From assembly GCA_050248915.1 (NCBI GenBank), contig JBFWRL010000004.1:12673-76672 (forward strand): DNA of 64,000 nt. The letters run 5' to 3'. Below the pieces are notes generated by a model. That model did not search any database and had not been told where the DNA came from. It was given only the letters and a program-made list of their open reading frames with translations. This document shows positions 39,430 to 49,963 of this stretch, piece after piece (position 1 is the first letter of the stretch; every line of letters starts with the position of its first letter). The stretch is from Candidatus Sericytochromatia bacterium (GTDB lineage: Bacteria; Cyanobacteriota; Sericytochromatia; UBA7694). A program made the translations under genes and the position numbers.

Positions 39430-40428
39430 TTGCAATTGGGAGAGTCGCTCACGATGTTACCTTTGCCCAAAACAGGCCAGTCTGACTGGCTGGCCAGCCA
39501 CCCCCATGAATGGGCCGCTCGCTGGCTGAGTGAACCCTTTACACTCAGTGAACTCAGCAGCAGTGTGAATTTTGTGCAGCACCTGCAGTCGGAGCAGACC
39601 CAGCTCGTGCTGCGTGTGAGCCATGCCCATCGCCGTCCTTTGGCTTGGCTTTTGGCTGAATCAGCTTGGCTGCAACATTTGCAGACCCAAGGTTTCGATG
39701 TTCCCCGGCCTCAGCTTTCGCGCCATGGCCTTTGGGTGGAATCTTCCGAGCCGTTTTATGCTGTGGCTTTTGCCTGGGCCGAAGGCCAGCCCTCGACCTT
39801 CTTTGACGAGCAGGCCTGGGGTTTGCAGGAGATCTTTGAGCTGGGCCGCTTAATTGGCAAATTGCATCTCTGCGCCGAGAGCTGGGAGCCCCCAGCAGAG
39901 CGCCGCCCTGATTGGGAGACCTTACATGCGCTGCCTGATTGCGATTGGGCCCCCGAAGAAGCAGAACTTTTGGCTGAATTTTATCAGACTCTGTTGCTCA
40001 GCCAGTCCTGGCCACGCAACAAAGCCGACTATGGCCTGATTCATGGCGACATCTCGCCCTTGAATCTCTTGGTGCGCCCCGATGCCAGCTTTACCCTGCT
40101 GGACTTTGACGATGCCTGTTATGCCTGGTACGCCCAAGATTTGGCCGGGGTGCTTTTTCACTATCTCTTGGTGAAGTCGGCCCACAACCGCCGCTTGTTC
40201 TTGCAGAAGTTTTTGCCCTGCCTGCTGGCGGGGTATCGCCAAGAGCGACCCCTGGAGAGCGTTTGGGAGGGTCGCATGATCACCCTGCTCAAGCTTCACA
40301 GCCTGTGGTTTATGCTCTCCGCGGCCCAGGTCTTAATGGCCCAGGGAGGGCCGCTTACCCCTGAGGTGCGCCAGACCCTGCGCACGCGTTTTGGGGTGTA
40401 TCAGGGGTTAGAAGACTCATTGGCATAG
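39430..40428 (+). CDS. phosphotransferase-family (APH/CotS/choline-kinase-like) protein
   Basis: Brenner motif LIHGDISPLNLLV. DFDDA corresponds to the DFG-equivalent. Confidence 0.7.
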   Translation: MQLGESLTMLPLPKTGQSDWLASHPHEWAARWLSEPFTLSELSSSVNFVQHLQSEQTQLVLRVSHAHRRPLAWLLAESAWLQHLQTQGFDVPRPQLSRHGLWVESSEPFYAVAFAWAEGQPSTFFDEQAWGLQEIFELGRLIGKLHLCAESWEPPAERRPDWETLHALPDCDWAPEEAELLAEFYQTLLLSQSWPRNKADYGLIHGDISPLNLLVRPDASFTLLDFDDACYAWYAQDLAGVLFHYLLVKSAHNRRLFLQKFLPCLLAGYRQERPLESVWEGRMITLLKLHSLWFMLSAAQVLMAQGGPLTPEVRQTLRTRFGVYQGLEDSLA

Positions 40429-40503
40429 GGGGTAGCCGCATTAGCGGAGGCTTGACCACTGAAAATGGATATGCCAGGATAAGCATAATTAAAACAGAGG
40501 TGA

Positions 40504-41037
40504 ATGGCTATGGGTTATGGCATCATGGCTTATCGGGTGAGTCTCAGCCGCTTAAAATCACGCTTTGGGGTTAGCGTCAGCTCTAAAAAAAGCAGTATTC
40601 GCAAAAAATGTTTTCCGATTGGCCGGCGCATCGATGACATGGGTTCTGACGATGCTCCCCGTTTGATGCAGGTGGTGGAAGAGTTGCTCGCAGCCAAAGT
40701 CGAACACCCCGAATATGCCTATCTCTATTGGTATGCCCTCAAGGGGTTTATTGAGGATTTGGGTGCGCCCATGTCCAATTCGGCCTGGTATCCGGCTGAG
40801 GCCGATCTGTTTTATGAACTGCCTGAATTTAAACTCTATGATATCGATGCGCCGATGGCATTGCCCCGCCCCGACGATTTTCCTGTGGTGTTTGTCTTGC
40901 GGGCCGAGCAGAACACGCAGGCGTTGGTTGAAAAAATGCACTCTAACATTAAAGAACCCGAACAATTACAAGAGGTTCTTAATTGGTTGCAAAGCGCTCA
41001 GCGCTATAAGCAGGATTTGGTCTTGTATTATCATTGA
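40504..41037 (+). CDS. hypothetical protein
   Basis: 177-aa ORF with no recognisable motif. Confidence 0.4.
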   Translation: MAMGYGIMAYRVSLSRLKSRFGVSVSSKKSSIRKKCFPIGRRIDDMGSDDAPRLMQVVEELLAAKVEHPEYAYLYWYALKGFIEDLGAPMSNSAWYPAEADLFYELPEFKLYDIDAPMALPRPDDFPVVFVLRAEQNTQALVEKMHSNIKEPEQLQEVLNWLQSAQRYKQDLVLYYH

Positions 41038-41052
41038 AGCTGTGGCGGGGCT

Positions 41053-41397
41053 TTAGGGGGTTGTGCGGGTTTGTACTTCTTGCACCAGCCGTTCTCCCAG
41101 CTTGAGGGTGGCCAACTCTAAATCATAATGGCTTTGCAGATTCAACCAGGATTGGGGATTTACCTCAAAATAGCGCCCCAGTCGCAAGGCCGTATCTGCA
41201 GTAATAGCCCGCTTGCCATGCACAATTTCATTGATGCGTCGCGGAGGCACCCCGAGCGCCTTGGCCAGGGCATATTGGCTTAACTCTAAAGGTTTCATAA
41301 ATTCTTCCAGCAGGATTTCGCCAGGGTGAATGGGAGGGATATCTCGGTTCATGGGCTTCTCCTCAATGATAATCCACAATTTCGACAGCGTCAGCAT
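41053..41397 (-). CDS. higA: HigA-family antitoxin (XRE HTH)
   Basis: ELSQYALAKALGVPPRRINEIVHGKRAITADTALRL matches the HigA HTH. It lies downstream of, and overlapping, the toxin gene. Confidence 0.75.
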   Translation of the reverse strand: MLTLSKLWIIIEEKPMNRDIPPIHPGEILLEEFMKPLELSQYALAKALGVPPRRINEIVHGKRAITADTALRLGRYFEVNPQSWLNLQSHYDLELATLKLGERLVQEVQTRTTP

Positions 41398-41644
41398 GAC
41401 CCGCTATCCAAACAAAACAAATGCGCCATTGATCGTTGATTCGAATACTGTATTGGCCTTTGCGATTGCCTTTCAAGGCTTCCAGTTTATTGCCTGGGGG
41501 CACCTTTAAAAAATCCAGATCGACCGCTGCATGGATTTGCAGCAATTTACGTAGCGCAATGCGATGCAGACTGGGAGGCAATCTACGCGGGGTTTTGCCG
41601 TGAAATAGCTGTTCTGTTTCTTTGTTGGCAAAGCTTTTGATCAT
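41363..41644 (-). CDS. higB: HigB-family toxin (RelE/ParE superfamily, plasmid-maintenance killer)
   Basis: 93 aa. FANKETEQLFHGK...GNRKGQYSIRINDQWRICF is typical of HigB. Confidence 0.75.
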   Translation of the reverse strand: MIKSFANKETEQLFHGKTPRRLPPSLHRIALRKLLQIHAAVDLDFLKVPPGNKLEALKGNRKGQYSIRINDQWRICFVWIAGHADAVEIVDYH

Positions 41645-41689
41645 GCTTTGATATTAACGCAATGCAATAATAACGTCAATCGTTAATAG

Positions 41690-41751
41690 TTGCTGTGGCG
41701 AGTATTTGTAAGTACCCAGGGCTGAGTGCCGAAGAGGTGATGGGGCTTTAG
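41690..41751 (+). repeat. 3'-terminal fragment of the Rpn-like (DUF4351 tail) gene, convergent with paralog D
   Basis: It encodes ..VASICKYPGLSAEEVMGL*. It is homologous to the 3' ends at 50893-50963, 51900-51983 and 46660-46724. Confidence 0.6.
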
Positions 41752-44700
41752 GGCTGTTGCGGGCAAGGCTTTTGAGCTGCTGTGCTGAAAGAGGCATTGG
41801 CAGGCAGCATATTGCAGGCATAGGTGGTCTGTTCGATGCGGTTGCTGGGAATATTGGCTGAGCGCGCTTCAATCCAGCCCCCTTTTAAGGCCTGGTTGGG
41901 GATATTTACAAACATATTTTGAATCTCTACCCCATCACTGTCGATTTTGGACTCTAAAAAGACAGGCTTTTGTTTGATTTCTTTGCCCACTTCTGAGCGG
42001 GGCTGAAAGATAATTTCTGTCTTGGATGGAGCAAAACCTGTACCTGTGAGGTCGAGTTGGGGAGCGGCTTTGTCGGTGGTGATATCTTGGCCGTCTTTCT
42101 CTTTGGGCCATTCAGCCGAGAACAGTTTGGGGCCGAGGAATACTTCGAGATTCATTGTGAACATCTCTTTGTGCTGAGAAAGCCAAGTATCGTATTCCCA
42201 TAATGTATTAAAAACAGAAAGAACAGCTGAGCGAACAGGTTGCGTTTGTCCAAATGAGGTCATCATTAAGTAGCCAGCTTTATTTGTTGAAAAATCACTG
42301 CTGATATAAGGTTTTCTTCTTTTAAGGCCAGATTCAGTGACTTCTTTGACGGCCTCTCCTTCGAGATTATTCACTCCCACCATCCCTGGAATCAAAAATT
42401 CACGCACCTTACGAAACTCACCATTAATGGTTTGACTTAATTTTGGACCTGGAGAAACGGCTCTCACATATAGGTTCCGAGGTTCTCTGATATTTTTATC
42501 TGCTTGCAAAAGCAGATATACCGCAGAAAGAGGCTCTGTGCCTGAACTAGAAACGCTTAATGGTGTTGCAACTGAATGACTGGCTTTGACGATATGGGTT
42601 TTGTGATAGCCAATGTGCGGAAGTGTAATATCTGGAAACAAACTTACATTTTTATGAATGATTGCATCTGTCGCGAATTTGATAAAATAATCAGCTAAAT
42701 GGTCTCTCTGGGATGAATTGTTTTTTTGTTTTAAAACTGCATTTAATGCAGCAGTAGAACGTAAGGTGTCTTTGATTTGCTTTTTTTGGTTTAAGCCATA
42801 TTCTTGAACTACATCAGCAATTATTGACGCTCCCCCGTAATGATTAAATAGATGAGTTCAAAAGGGTACCGTTAAATAAGGGCTTCGAGCCCTTCCTGCT
42901 ATTCTTTTGAGATACATGCTTTCAGTTAATTGGTTTAAAATATCAAATCTTTCTGCATATTCATATAAAACGGGTACAGTTTTTCCCAAACCTAACTCTG
43001 TTGAGTTTAGTTCTGTGGCAACGGTGCCCATTAATGCTGCTGTGCCTTCAATTAACCAGCCATCAAGAGCTGAATTTATTTCGTCTTCGGGTGTGTTTGT
43101 ATAAGCTTGTTGAAATACATGAAATAATTCATGCATTGCTGTTTCAGAACGTACTTGTCCCCAATAATCTGGTTTGAGTAGACCTCCTAAGGTACCTTGA
43201 GTAATATTTAATTGAATAGCAGAGCCCTTATATGTAGTTTCTTCATACAATTCATAAGCAACACCATTAGCAGAGCTAGGAACATTTAAATTTGTTGTAA
43301 GTAAATTTTGAAAGCGGTTAACAAGAAATACAGGGATTTTCGGGTTTTTAAACCCACGATCAAGATAAGGCGGAGGTTTTTTTTACTTCAATTCAAGATA
43401 TTGAATATAGGCTTTTTCTAGGTATTCTTTTGCATTTTTTAGAGCCTCCGGACAGGCTACTCCATGGTTGTCGCTAATAAAAAAATATTTTGAAGAATCA
43501 TCAAACTGAGATTTTTGGGGTGGTGTACAATTCGAATTTTGATTTTGGATTTGGAAAGGAAGGGTTATGTTATTTTCATTATTTAGGAATTGATCCATTT
43601 CCTTTGATGTATAGGCTATCTCGCGAGAGAAAAAACCAAATTTCTGTACCCAAAGCGGGAAATTATGGTGAGTAATATCGCTAAAATTTTCCACATCAGG
43701 TCTTTTTGCTAAGAGAGGGTAATATCCCCAAGATAAAGAATTAAATACATTCATACTTGACGTATCCCAAATGGTTGGTGCACTAAATTTTTGGAAATAA
43801 TTATAAATGGGTAAATTGAGACGTGCTATTTGATTAAGCGTCATCCCCATCGGTTCAATTTTCACGATGGGTGCAGCAAAAACCCACCCTGGAGCACAAT
43901 CATCAGGATCGTTGGGATTGGTACAATTTTGTTTGCGAGAAGCTACCTCTTTCTGCTGGCGCATAACCACCACTGTCGGCGCACTTAAGGCCCCCGCAGG
44001 CAAATCCAGCTTGGCCACCCCCTGCAACTCCACAGTCCCCCCGGCTGGCCCAATCTGCTTGATCCCCGGCGGATACGCCGCCTGCTGATTCGTCGTCCAC
44101 CAGGCCATCTGAAACTCTTTCACTGTATCGGTCTTAAACTTAAGCACTAGATTCTGCCCATCGGGGTTGTACCAATCGCTCGGCACAGGCACAGGCCGCA
44201 CACCCAACAAAAACCAGCGGTTGAGGTCAATGGGCTTGCCTTGTTTGGAGCTGAGGGTGTCTTTGACATAATACAGCTCATCGCTCACTTCTAAGCTGCT
44301 ATTGGGTTTCCACTGGCCTTGCAGGTGCAGCAAAGCCTCGTAGCTGTGCTGCGGCAGGCGAATGGTGGCTTGCCCATCGCTGGCATCGCCATCGAGAATT
44401 TCCAGCTTCTTGCCAGTCCCCGCTTCGAGCACGAGTTGAAACGCACCGTTTTCGGGAATCTTGACCTGCTGCTTGCCGTTTTTGGCCTGGGTCATAAAAC
44501 GCACGACAAAGATCTGGGGCAGATTAAAGCTCTGCACAGCAAAGCCTTCCTCTGTGGGCTTTTCGGCAAGGGCCTGCTCCAGCGCGGCATTGAGCTGGGC
44601 ATTTTTATCGGCGGGCAGGTTTTGCGCCAAGGGTGTGGTTTTCACCCTATTGGGAAAGGTCACCTTTTCAGGCGGCTTTTGGCCTGTGTGTCCAACGATG

Positions 44701-44756
44701 AGTAAGCTAAGTAAAAGGATAGAAAATAAGGTTCTGTATTTCTTCATTCTGTTCAA
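41748..44756 (-). pseudogene. frameshifted paralog (copy D) of the giant HExxH lipoprotein family
   Basis: Three ORF pieces (43383..44756, 42858..43250, 41748..42641) align in order with the N-domain, the HExxH core (AMHELFHVFQ) and the C-domain (..TYACNMLPANASFSTAAQKPCPQ) of paralog B (51986..55021). Confidence 0.7.
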
Positions 44757-45733
44757 CTTTGGGTGAGTGAGTCAAATGCTTGTAAACGCATTTTGAGCAT
44801 GTGCAGACTTTCTCGGATGGCGGTAATGTCTGGCAAATCGCCGTAAACCAAAGGACGAAAACTACTTTGATAGGTTTGGTTCAACTGCTTCCAAAGAATG
44901 TCTGTATCACTGAAAATCAGGGCATGGACCAAAGGTGCTTGATTCCATTCCCCCTGAAATTCCCGGCTGTCGGCATCGTCTTTTTGTGCGTCTTGCAAGG
45001 TCTCAAAAAACCGCCCACTGTTTACAAATTCTCTCAGCGGTTGATGATTCATTAAAATATGTAAATCATAGGTATGACGAATCTTGTTTTGAAGTTGCGC
45101 AATGGGGTCGGCATGGTAAGAGGCACGGGCCAGTGCCAAGACTTTTTCTACCAGTGTTCGCTCTGGGTGTAATACCAGAATAGAAAAGGGTTCAAGCCCA
45201 TATTGACTGATCAAGGCTTCTTGGTTTTGAGCCGCGAAGAAGTCGGCTATCATTGTGTTGATTGGGGTGGGCTGATAGGGGGACGGATTGCCGAAGGCAT
45301 TTAACTCTAAAACAAGAAATGCGCTGATCTGGCTCTGCGGTGCGGGGGCTAACTCTAAAACAGGATAAAGATGGGCCGTTCGGCGAAAGCGAGACCACTT
45401 TTTGGTGATGCCTTCCAGCTTGAGTTCGCTTAAATGGCGTGTGATTTCTTTGGAAACCTTGTCTATTCTGCTTTTGATCTGATTCCCGGTTAAACCTTCC
45501 GCCAGCAAAGCCAGATCAACATCCTCTGAAAATCGCTGGATCAGGCCAAACGCTTTGGAGAGAGAGGTTCCTCCTTTAAAGACAAATCGCTCATGATAGG
45601 GGGATTCTCCCAGCTTTTTTAAGACGGTTGTAAGCCAATAATCTTTTTCGACCCAGGTATCAGGCATTCCCAAATGAACTGCAGCAGCACGAATACTGGC
45701 TTTAAAGAGTGGTGGATTCTCATGTAAATTCAT
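44753..45733 (-). CDS. AbiEii/AbiGii-family nucleotidyltransferase toxin (DUF1814)
   Basis: FKGGTSLSKAFGLIQRFSEDVDL matches the minimal-NTase motif of AbiEii. 326 aa. Confidence 0.7.
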   Translation of the reverse strand: MNLHENPPLFKASIRAAAVHLGMPDTWVEKDYWLTTVLKKLGESPYHERFVFKGGTSLSKAFGLIQRFSEDVDLALLAEGLTGNQIKSRIDKVSKEITRHLSELKLEGITKKWSRFRRTAHLYPVLELAPAPQSQISAFLVLELNAFGNPSPYQPTPINTMIADFFAAQNQEALISQYGLEPFSILVLHPERTLVEKVLALARASYHADPIAQLQNKIRHTYDLHILMNHQPLREFVNSGRFFETLQDAQKDDADSREFQGEWNQAPLVHALIFSDTDILWKQLNQTYQSSFRPLVYGDLPDITAIRESLHMLKMRLQAFDSLTQS

Positions 45734-46458
45734 CGAATATACCAGTTGCGGTAGTTTGGAAAAGTGTCTTTGTCTATTTTGAGGCGATAACGACTGCTGG
45801 GATTGAGGGTTTGCGCCAAAGTCTGGGCCAGTCTCTTTTTTCCCAGACTTTCCAAAACCAAACCCACAAAGGCCCGGCAGGAGGGGGGATAATTCAGGGC
45901 CAGTTGGGCAAGCTCATCTTGCTGATCCCGTTTGAGTTCTTTAATGCGCAAGCGCAATAAAACAGAAGATTTTTCTGGGGTGGTGGCAGGGATGTTATCC
46001 ATTTCCCGAATGGCATCCAGAATTTGCAAGAGATAGGTGTCTTGGACGGCTGTTTTGACATAACTGGGAATAAAGCGAATGGTGGTAGCCCCAGAAACAA
46101 TCGGCATTCGACGCGGCTTGTCAGAGGCGATGACATACTCGGTGGAGACCTGTGTGGTGAGGCCCATTTGGGTATAGGCTGGCAGCCCGGTTAAATAGGC
46201 AATGCTGTCTTTGTACAGAAGTAGCAATTTATCCAGGAGGCCGCGTGTTGTGGGTGGGAGTTCGCCAAAAGGGCTTTGTTCAGGTTTGTAATACAAACCC
46301 TTGGTAATGCGTTGCAAACCACCTGCTCGGTAAAGTTCGCTCAGGGCCTTTTCCAAGGCAATTTTTTTTGCCAGAGGCAGTTTAAAATCCTCCAGAGATA
46401 GCAGCGCGCCCGCCGCTGTATTTTGCACCTGTGTTTTTACCCACTTATTTACATTCAT
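45730..46458 (-). CDS. putative AbiEi-like antitoxin / regulator partner
   Basis: It lies immediately upstream of AbiEii with a 4-nt overlap. RITKGLYYKP is the kind of motif seen in AbiEi/DUF6088-type partners. The start is taken at MNVNKW. Confidence 0.45.
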   Translation of the reverse strand: MNVNKWVKTQVQNTAAGALLSLEDFKLPLAKKIALEKALSELYRAGGLQRITKGLYYKPEQSPFGELPPTTRGLLDKLLLLYKDSIAYLTGLPAYTQMGLTTQVSTEYVIASDKPRRMPIVSGATTIRFIPSYVKTAVQDTYLLQILDAIREMDNIPATTPEKSSVLLRLRIKELKRDQQDELAQLALNYPPSCRAFVGLVLESLGKKRLAQTLAQTLNPSSRYRLKIDKDTFPNYRNWYIR

Positions 46459-46620
46459 TTTGAATTGGCCTAAATTGTTTTCTGACTTGGGTTTTATTGT
46501 AATCAAGTGGACGATATAAATCAAGTTTTTTTATGAAAAACCTGATTATTTTGAACTCAAGACCTTTATGCGTGGCGGGAAAGAATGACAAGATGCCCTG
46601 CGTCTGGGTTTGCAGCAATG

Positions 46621-46724
46621 AGCGGGTAGTAATTTGCTGAACGAATACCTTAGCCGATGGCCTGCCTGTGGCGAGTATTTGCAAGTATACAGGGCTGAGC
46701 GCTGAAGAGGTGGCGGGGCTTTAG
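46621..46724 (+). repeat. internally deleted remnant of the Rpn-like gene 3' region, convergent with paralog A
   Basis: The sequence gtagtaatttgctgaacgaatacctta matches 50677-50695 and is joined directly to gccgatggcctgcctgtggcgagtatttgcaagtatacagggctgagcgctgaagaggtggcggggctttag, which matches 50893-50963. Its stop overlaps the stop of paralog A. Confidence 0.7.
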
Positions 46725-49700
46725 TGGTTTTTGCAATTCCCTGCGCTGGTAATGCGGTAATCAGCTCCTTTGGGTATCATATTGCAAACCAGTTCGATTT
46801 TTTCTTTGTATTCACTCTCTAAATTCCCTGATTTTGCATAGATATAACTTTCCTCCTCTGGGGCTGCGTCATCAGGTACTTTCACAATAATTTCCTGTTC
46901 TTGCTCAATACTGACAGGTTGGGCTAAGTTGCTGACACTGTGTGCTTTTACAGCAATATCCGGCAAATTTGCTAAACGATGTTTGAAATAAACAACCGTA
47001 TCTGTTAAAGAGAATCCTGAACCCCATAGTGCGAGCATTTTATTTTCGGTTACTCCATCTGATTCAGTAAAAGCTCTTTTGCCCCAAATGGTGGGCGAAA
47101 CAAAGGCTTTGAATTGAAACGAGATGGTTTTTTTGTCTGAATTGGTTGTGATATAGGGATTGGTGATACTTAAAATCAGGCGTACACGGTGGGGTTCAGC
47201 AGGATTGTTTTGGGTGGGCCTGTCTTCCTGGGGAATGGGAATGCCCAAGATATAAACACTTCGCGGAAGAACCCCTTTAATACTGGGGTTTCGTGATTCT
47301 GTAGGTACATTTATACGTTTTTCAAATTTGAGAGGCTCGGCCACAATTTTGGGATCAGAAAGCCATTTTACTTTGGCCAAAAGGGGTTTTTCATCCTTCC
47401 AGTTGTCCAGGGGCTTCGGATTTTTGAGTACTAAGACTCGTGTTCCTTTGGCGATAAAATCTTCTGCTTGTTCATCTGTCAAACCCTCTGCGGAGGCTCT
47501 GTCGAGGTAGATATATGCCATATAGGGGTCTTTAAACTTTTTTGGGTCTTTGTCTGATAGTTTTTGAGTTACCAGTGGAAACTCCACATAGCGATGTGCC
47601 ATTTGAAGGTTTTGGAGTGAGCTGTTGGTTACCATTTGAGGGTTGTTGGGGGTGTTGCGGGTTGTGACCAATATAGGGTTTGCACGGTCATTTGGTTGAG
47701 CGGGAATTGTGTAGTTCACTGTTTCGAGGTTGCCCGTATTATTGGCTATTGGTCGTATTTTAGGACGTTCTAAATATTTAAAATTTTCAGGCTTTTCAGA
47801 TCCCATGCCATAATCTTTTAATGCTACTTTGGCCCCAAAATTTGGAAAAGTTGTATCAAGTTGAGCATAGTTATGGAGCGAGGAAACGGCACCCTCATTT
47901 GTAAATTCTCGTTTTTGAAGATAGTGAACATTTATATCGTGAATTTTCTGAAAGGCTATTTGATTTGGATAAAAATTGCTAATAAGGTTTAATATAATAA
48001 GACGATAATAAGCATTTTCGCCGTCAGGTATATTTGGCTCTTGATATAGAGATGTTTGATTTAACAGATCTAAACCTTTACTCAAACTACCATGGTAAGG
48101 AATTTTTCCATATAAAAAGACAACAGGATTTGGGTCAATTCCGTATTTTTTGTACAATTCATGATGCTTAAAGGTACTTATGCTACCCATAAACCTACCA
48201 GAACTTTCAATTAACCAAGCTCGATCTACTGTGCTTAAAGCCCAACCCCAGGGATTGAATGCTTGGTTTGGAAGGTCAAAACTTTTTACATTTGCAACTT
48301 GAAAAGAATGATAATTTTCATGGGCAGTAGAATCTATTAAGTTGTCAATATTGGGACCTGGATCTACCCACATCTCGGCATTGCGAAACCCGTTTCCTTT
48401 TGCATAAGTGTACCCATTGGTTGCTCCTCCTGGTCCAGATGTAATTGGCTTAAGATACAGAGGGATTCCTTTGAAATCCGTACCTCCATGCCGAAAATCT
48501 TCCCACTTGGATGGCATTATTCCCCTGGCATACGGAATAAAGTCTTCACGACTATTTAGGAGAACTTCACATGCTGCATTTTTCTTTTCTTCAGAAGGAG
48601 AAACATCCCATCTTAAAATATATTGAGGTGTTAAGTCGTTGTGAGTATTGATGGGTGGGTTTGGACAAGGTTGTTCACTAACAAGAGCAATTTGAAATTC
48701 TTCTTGTTCATTATTTCCAATATAAGAAGGGGAATAAGTTCGCGGAGCTACAAGTATACGAACAAATGAAAAATGATGTATTTCATACCACTCGTGTTTG
48801 GTCATATAATGAGCTTGCTTTTTTTGGGGGGCCAGATGAAGTATTTCTGCCTGTTCCCAGAAAATGCCATTATCGGGAAACAAATAATAATGTATAGTGC
48901 TCGGCAAATATCCTTTAGCCTTTTCTAAGTCAATTTTCAAGCGTATATTTGCTGGTTTTAAGAATTGTAAGCCGCTGGGTTGGAGTTCAACAGGTGTTGC
49001 CAGATCTATTTCATCTGGACCGGGTGTAAAATCTTCATCAGGAAATTGATATACTTCATCTTTTTGTTTGATAACTATTACTTTATTCTCAGTCAAAGCC
49101 CCCGCAGGTACTTCCAATTCAGCCACCCCCGGCAGCTCCACGACCCCTCCGCCAGGCCCAATCTGCTTGATCCCCGGTGGAAAGGGAGCCTCACCGCGCT
49201 GCTTTTGCAGGAGCAGCTCAAACTCTTTGATCTGCTTGGCCTTAAACCGCAGCACAAAAGCCTGCCCATCAGGGCTGTACCAATCACTCGGCACGGGAAT
49301 GGGTCGCAGCCCCAGCTTGAACCATTTATTATCCCGCTCATCGTGGTGCCCCTTGTGCTTGCGCTCTTTGCTGAGGGTGTCTTTAACATAATAAAGCTCA
49401 TCGCTGACATCTAAGCGGCTATTGTCTTTGGCCTCTTCTAAATGCACCCAGGTTTTGAGCGTGCTTGCGGGCATTTGCACCCGTGCTTCGCCATCGCGGG
49501 CATCTTTGTCTAGTAGCTCAAAGCGTGGGCCAGCTTCGAGTGTGAGCATAAATTCACCTGTTTCAGGCATGAGAATCTGGCGCTTGCCCTTGGCCTCTTT
49601 GCTTTTGAATTCAAGCACATAGGCGGCGTTGTTATCCTGTTCATTGTGTTTGTCATCTTTGTCTTTGTCGCTGGCTGTGCTGAAACCCGTGCCAGGGTCA

Positions 49701-49963
49701 ACACTTGGGTTGTCTAAAAAAGCCCTGAGCAGGGCGCTCACTTCGTCTACTTCGCTGGGCTCGGGGGCCTCTAGCAAAGTGGTTGTGACCATATTGGGAA
49801 AGGTCACTTTTTCAGGTGCTTTGACTGTGCCCGTATTGGCCACGGTTTGTACCTGTGCCTGCTCAGGGCTTTTGCTGCTTTGCTGGGCCGGGGGAATCCA
49901 AGAGCAGGAAGCCAGGAGTGTTGCCAGCAGAGTCGAAGATAGGTATTTGAGAGATGCTTTCAT
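46721..49963 (-). CDS. giant HExxH lipoprotein, paralog A (putative secreted/surface zincin-like protease)
   Basis: 1080 aa. Lipobox LLASC. N-domain with PEKVTFPNMV and PGIKQIGPGGGVVELPGV. HExxH at about 48305-48325 (TAHENYHSFQ). C-domain GSGFSLTDTVVYFKHR...VCNMIP. A strong SD caaggaggtaattaaATG precedes it. Confidence 0.85.
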   Translation of the reverse strand: MKASLKYLSSTLLATLLASCSWIPPAQQSSKSPEQAQVQTVANTGTVKAPEKVTFPNMVTTTLLEAPEPSEVDEVSALLRAFLDNPSVDPGTGFSTASDKDKDDKHNEQDNNAAYVLEFKSKEAKGKRQILMPETGEFMLTLEAGPRFELLDKDARDGEARVQMPASTLKTWVHLEEAKDNSRLDVSDELYYVKDTLSKERKHKGHHDERDNKWFKLGLRPIPVPSDWYSPDGQAFVLRFKAKQIKEFELLLQKQRGEAPFPPGIKQIGPGGGVVELPGVAELEVPAGALTENKVIVIKQKDEVYQFPDEDFTPGPDEIDLATPVELQPSGLQFLKPANIRLKIDLEKAKGYLPSTIHYYLFPDNGIFWEQAEILHLAPQKKQAHYMTKHEWYEIHHFSFVRILVAPRTYSPSYIGNNEQEEFQIALVSEQPCPNPPINTHNDLTPQYILRWDVSPSEEKKNAACEVLLNSREDFIPYARGIMPSKWEDFRHGGTDFKGIPLYLKPITSGPGGATNGYTYAKGNGFRNAEMWVDPGPNIDNLIDSTAHENYHSFQVANVKSFDLPNQAFNPWGWALSTVDRAWLIESSGRFMGSISTFKHHELYKKYGIDPNPVVFLYGKIPYHGSLSKGLDLLNQTSLYQEPNIPDGENAYYRLIILNLISNFYPNQIAFQKIHDINVHYLQKREFTNEGAVSSLHNYAQLDTTFPNFGAKVALKDYGMGSEKPENFKYLERPKIRPIANNTGNLETVNYTIPAQPNDRANPILVTTRNTPNNPQMVTNSSLQNLQMAHRYVEFPLVTQKLSDKDPKKFKDPYMAYIYLDRASAEGLTDEQAEDFIAKGTRVLVLKNPKPLDNWKDEKPLLAKVKWLSDPKIVAEPLKFEKRINVPTESRNPSIKGVLPRSVYILGIPIPQEDRPTQNNPAEPHRVRLILSITNPYITTNSDKKTISFQFKAFVSPTIWGKRAFTESDGVTENKMLALWGSGFSLTDTVVYFKHRLANLPDIAVKAHSVSNLAQPVSIEQEQEIIVKVPDDAAPEEESYIYAKSGNLESEYKEKIELVCNMIPKGADYRITSAGNCKNH

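Noticed and set aside
41654-41872. 72-aa minus-strand ORF (MKRAQPIF...CCLPMPLSAQQLKS...). A similar one lies at 51727..52065.
   Set aside because: They are opposite-strand readings of the Rpn-tail fragment and the 3' end of a lipoprotein paralog. They are explained by those repeats.
43867-44088. Repeated alternate-frame ORFs (..CWRITTTVGALKAPAGKSSLATP..PICLIPGG..) at 43867, 49068, 54036 and 57504
   Set aside because: They are out-of-frame translations of the conserved N-domain DNA of the paralog family, not independent genes. They are nonetheless useful as evidence of high nucleotide identity between copies.
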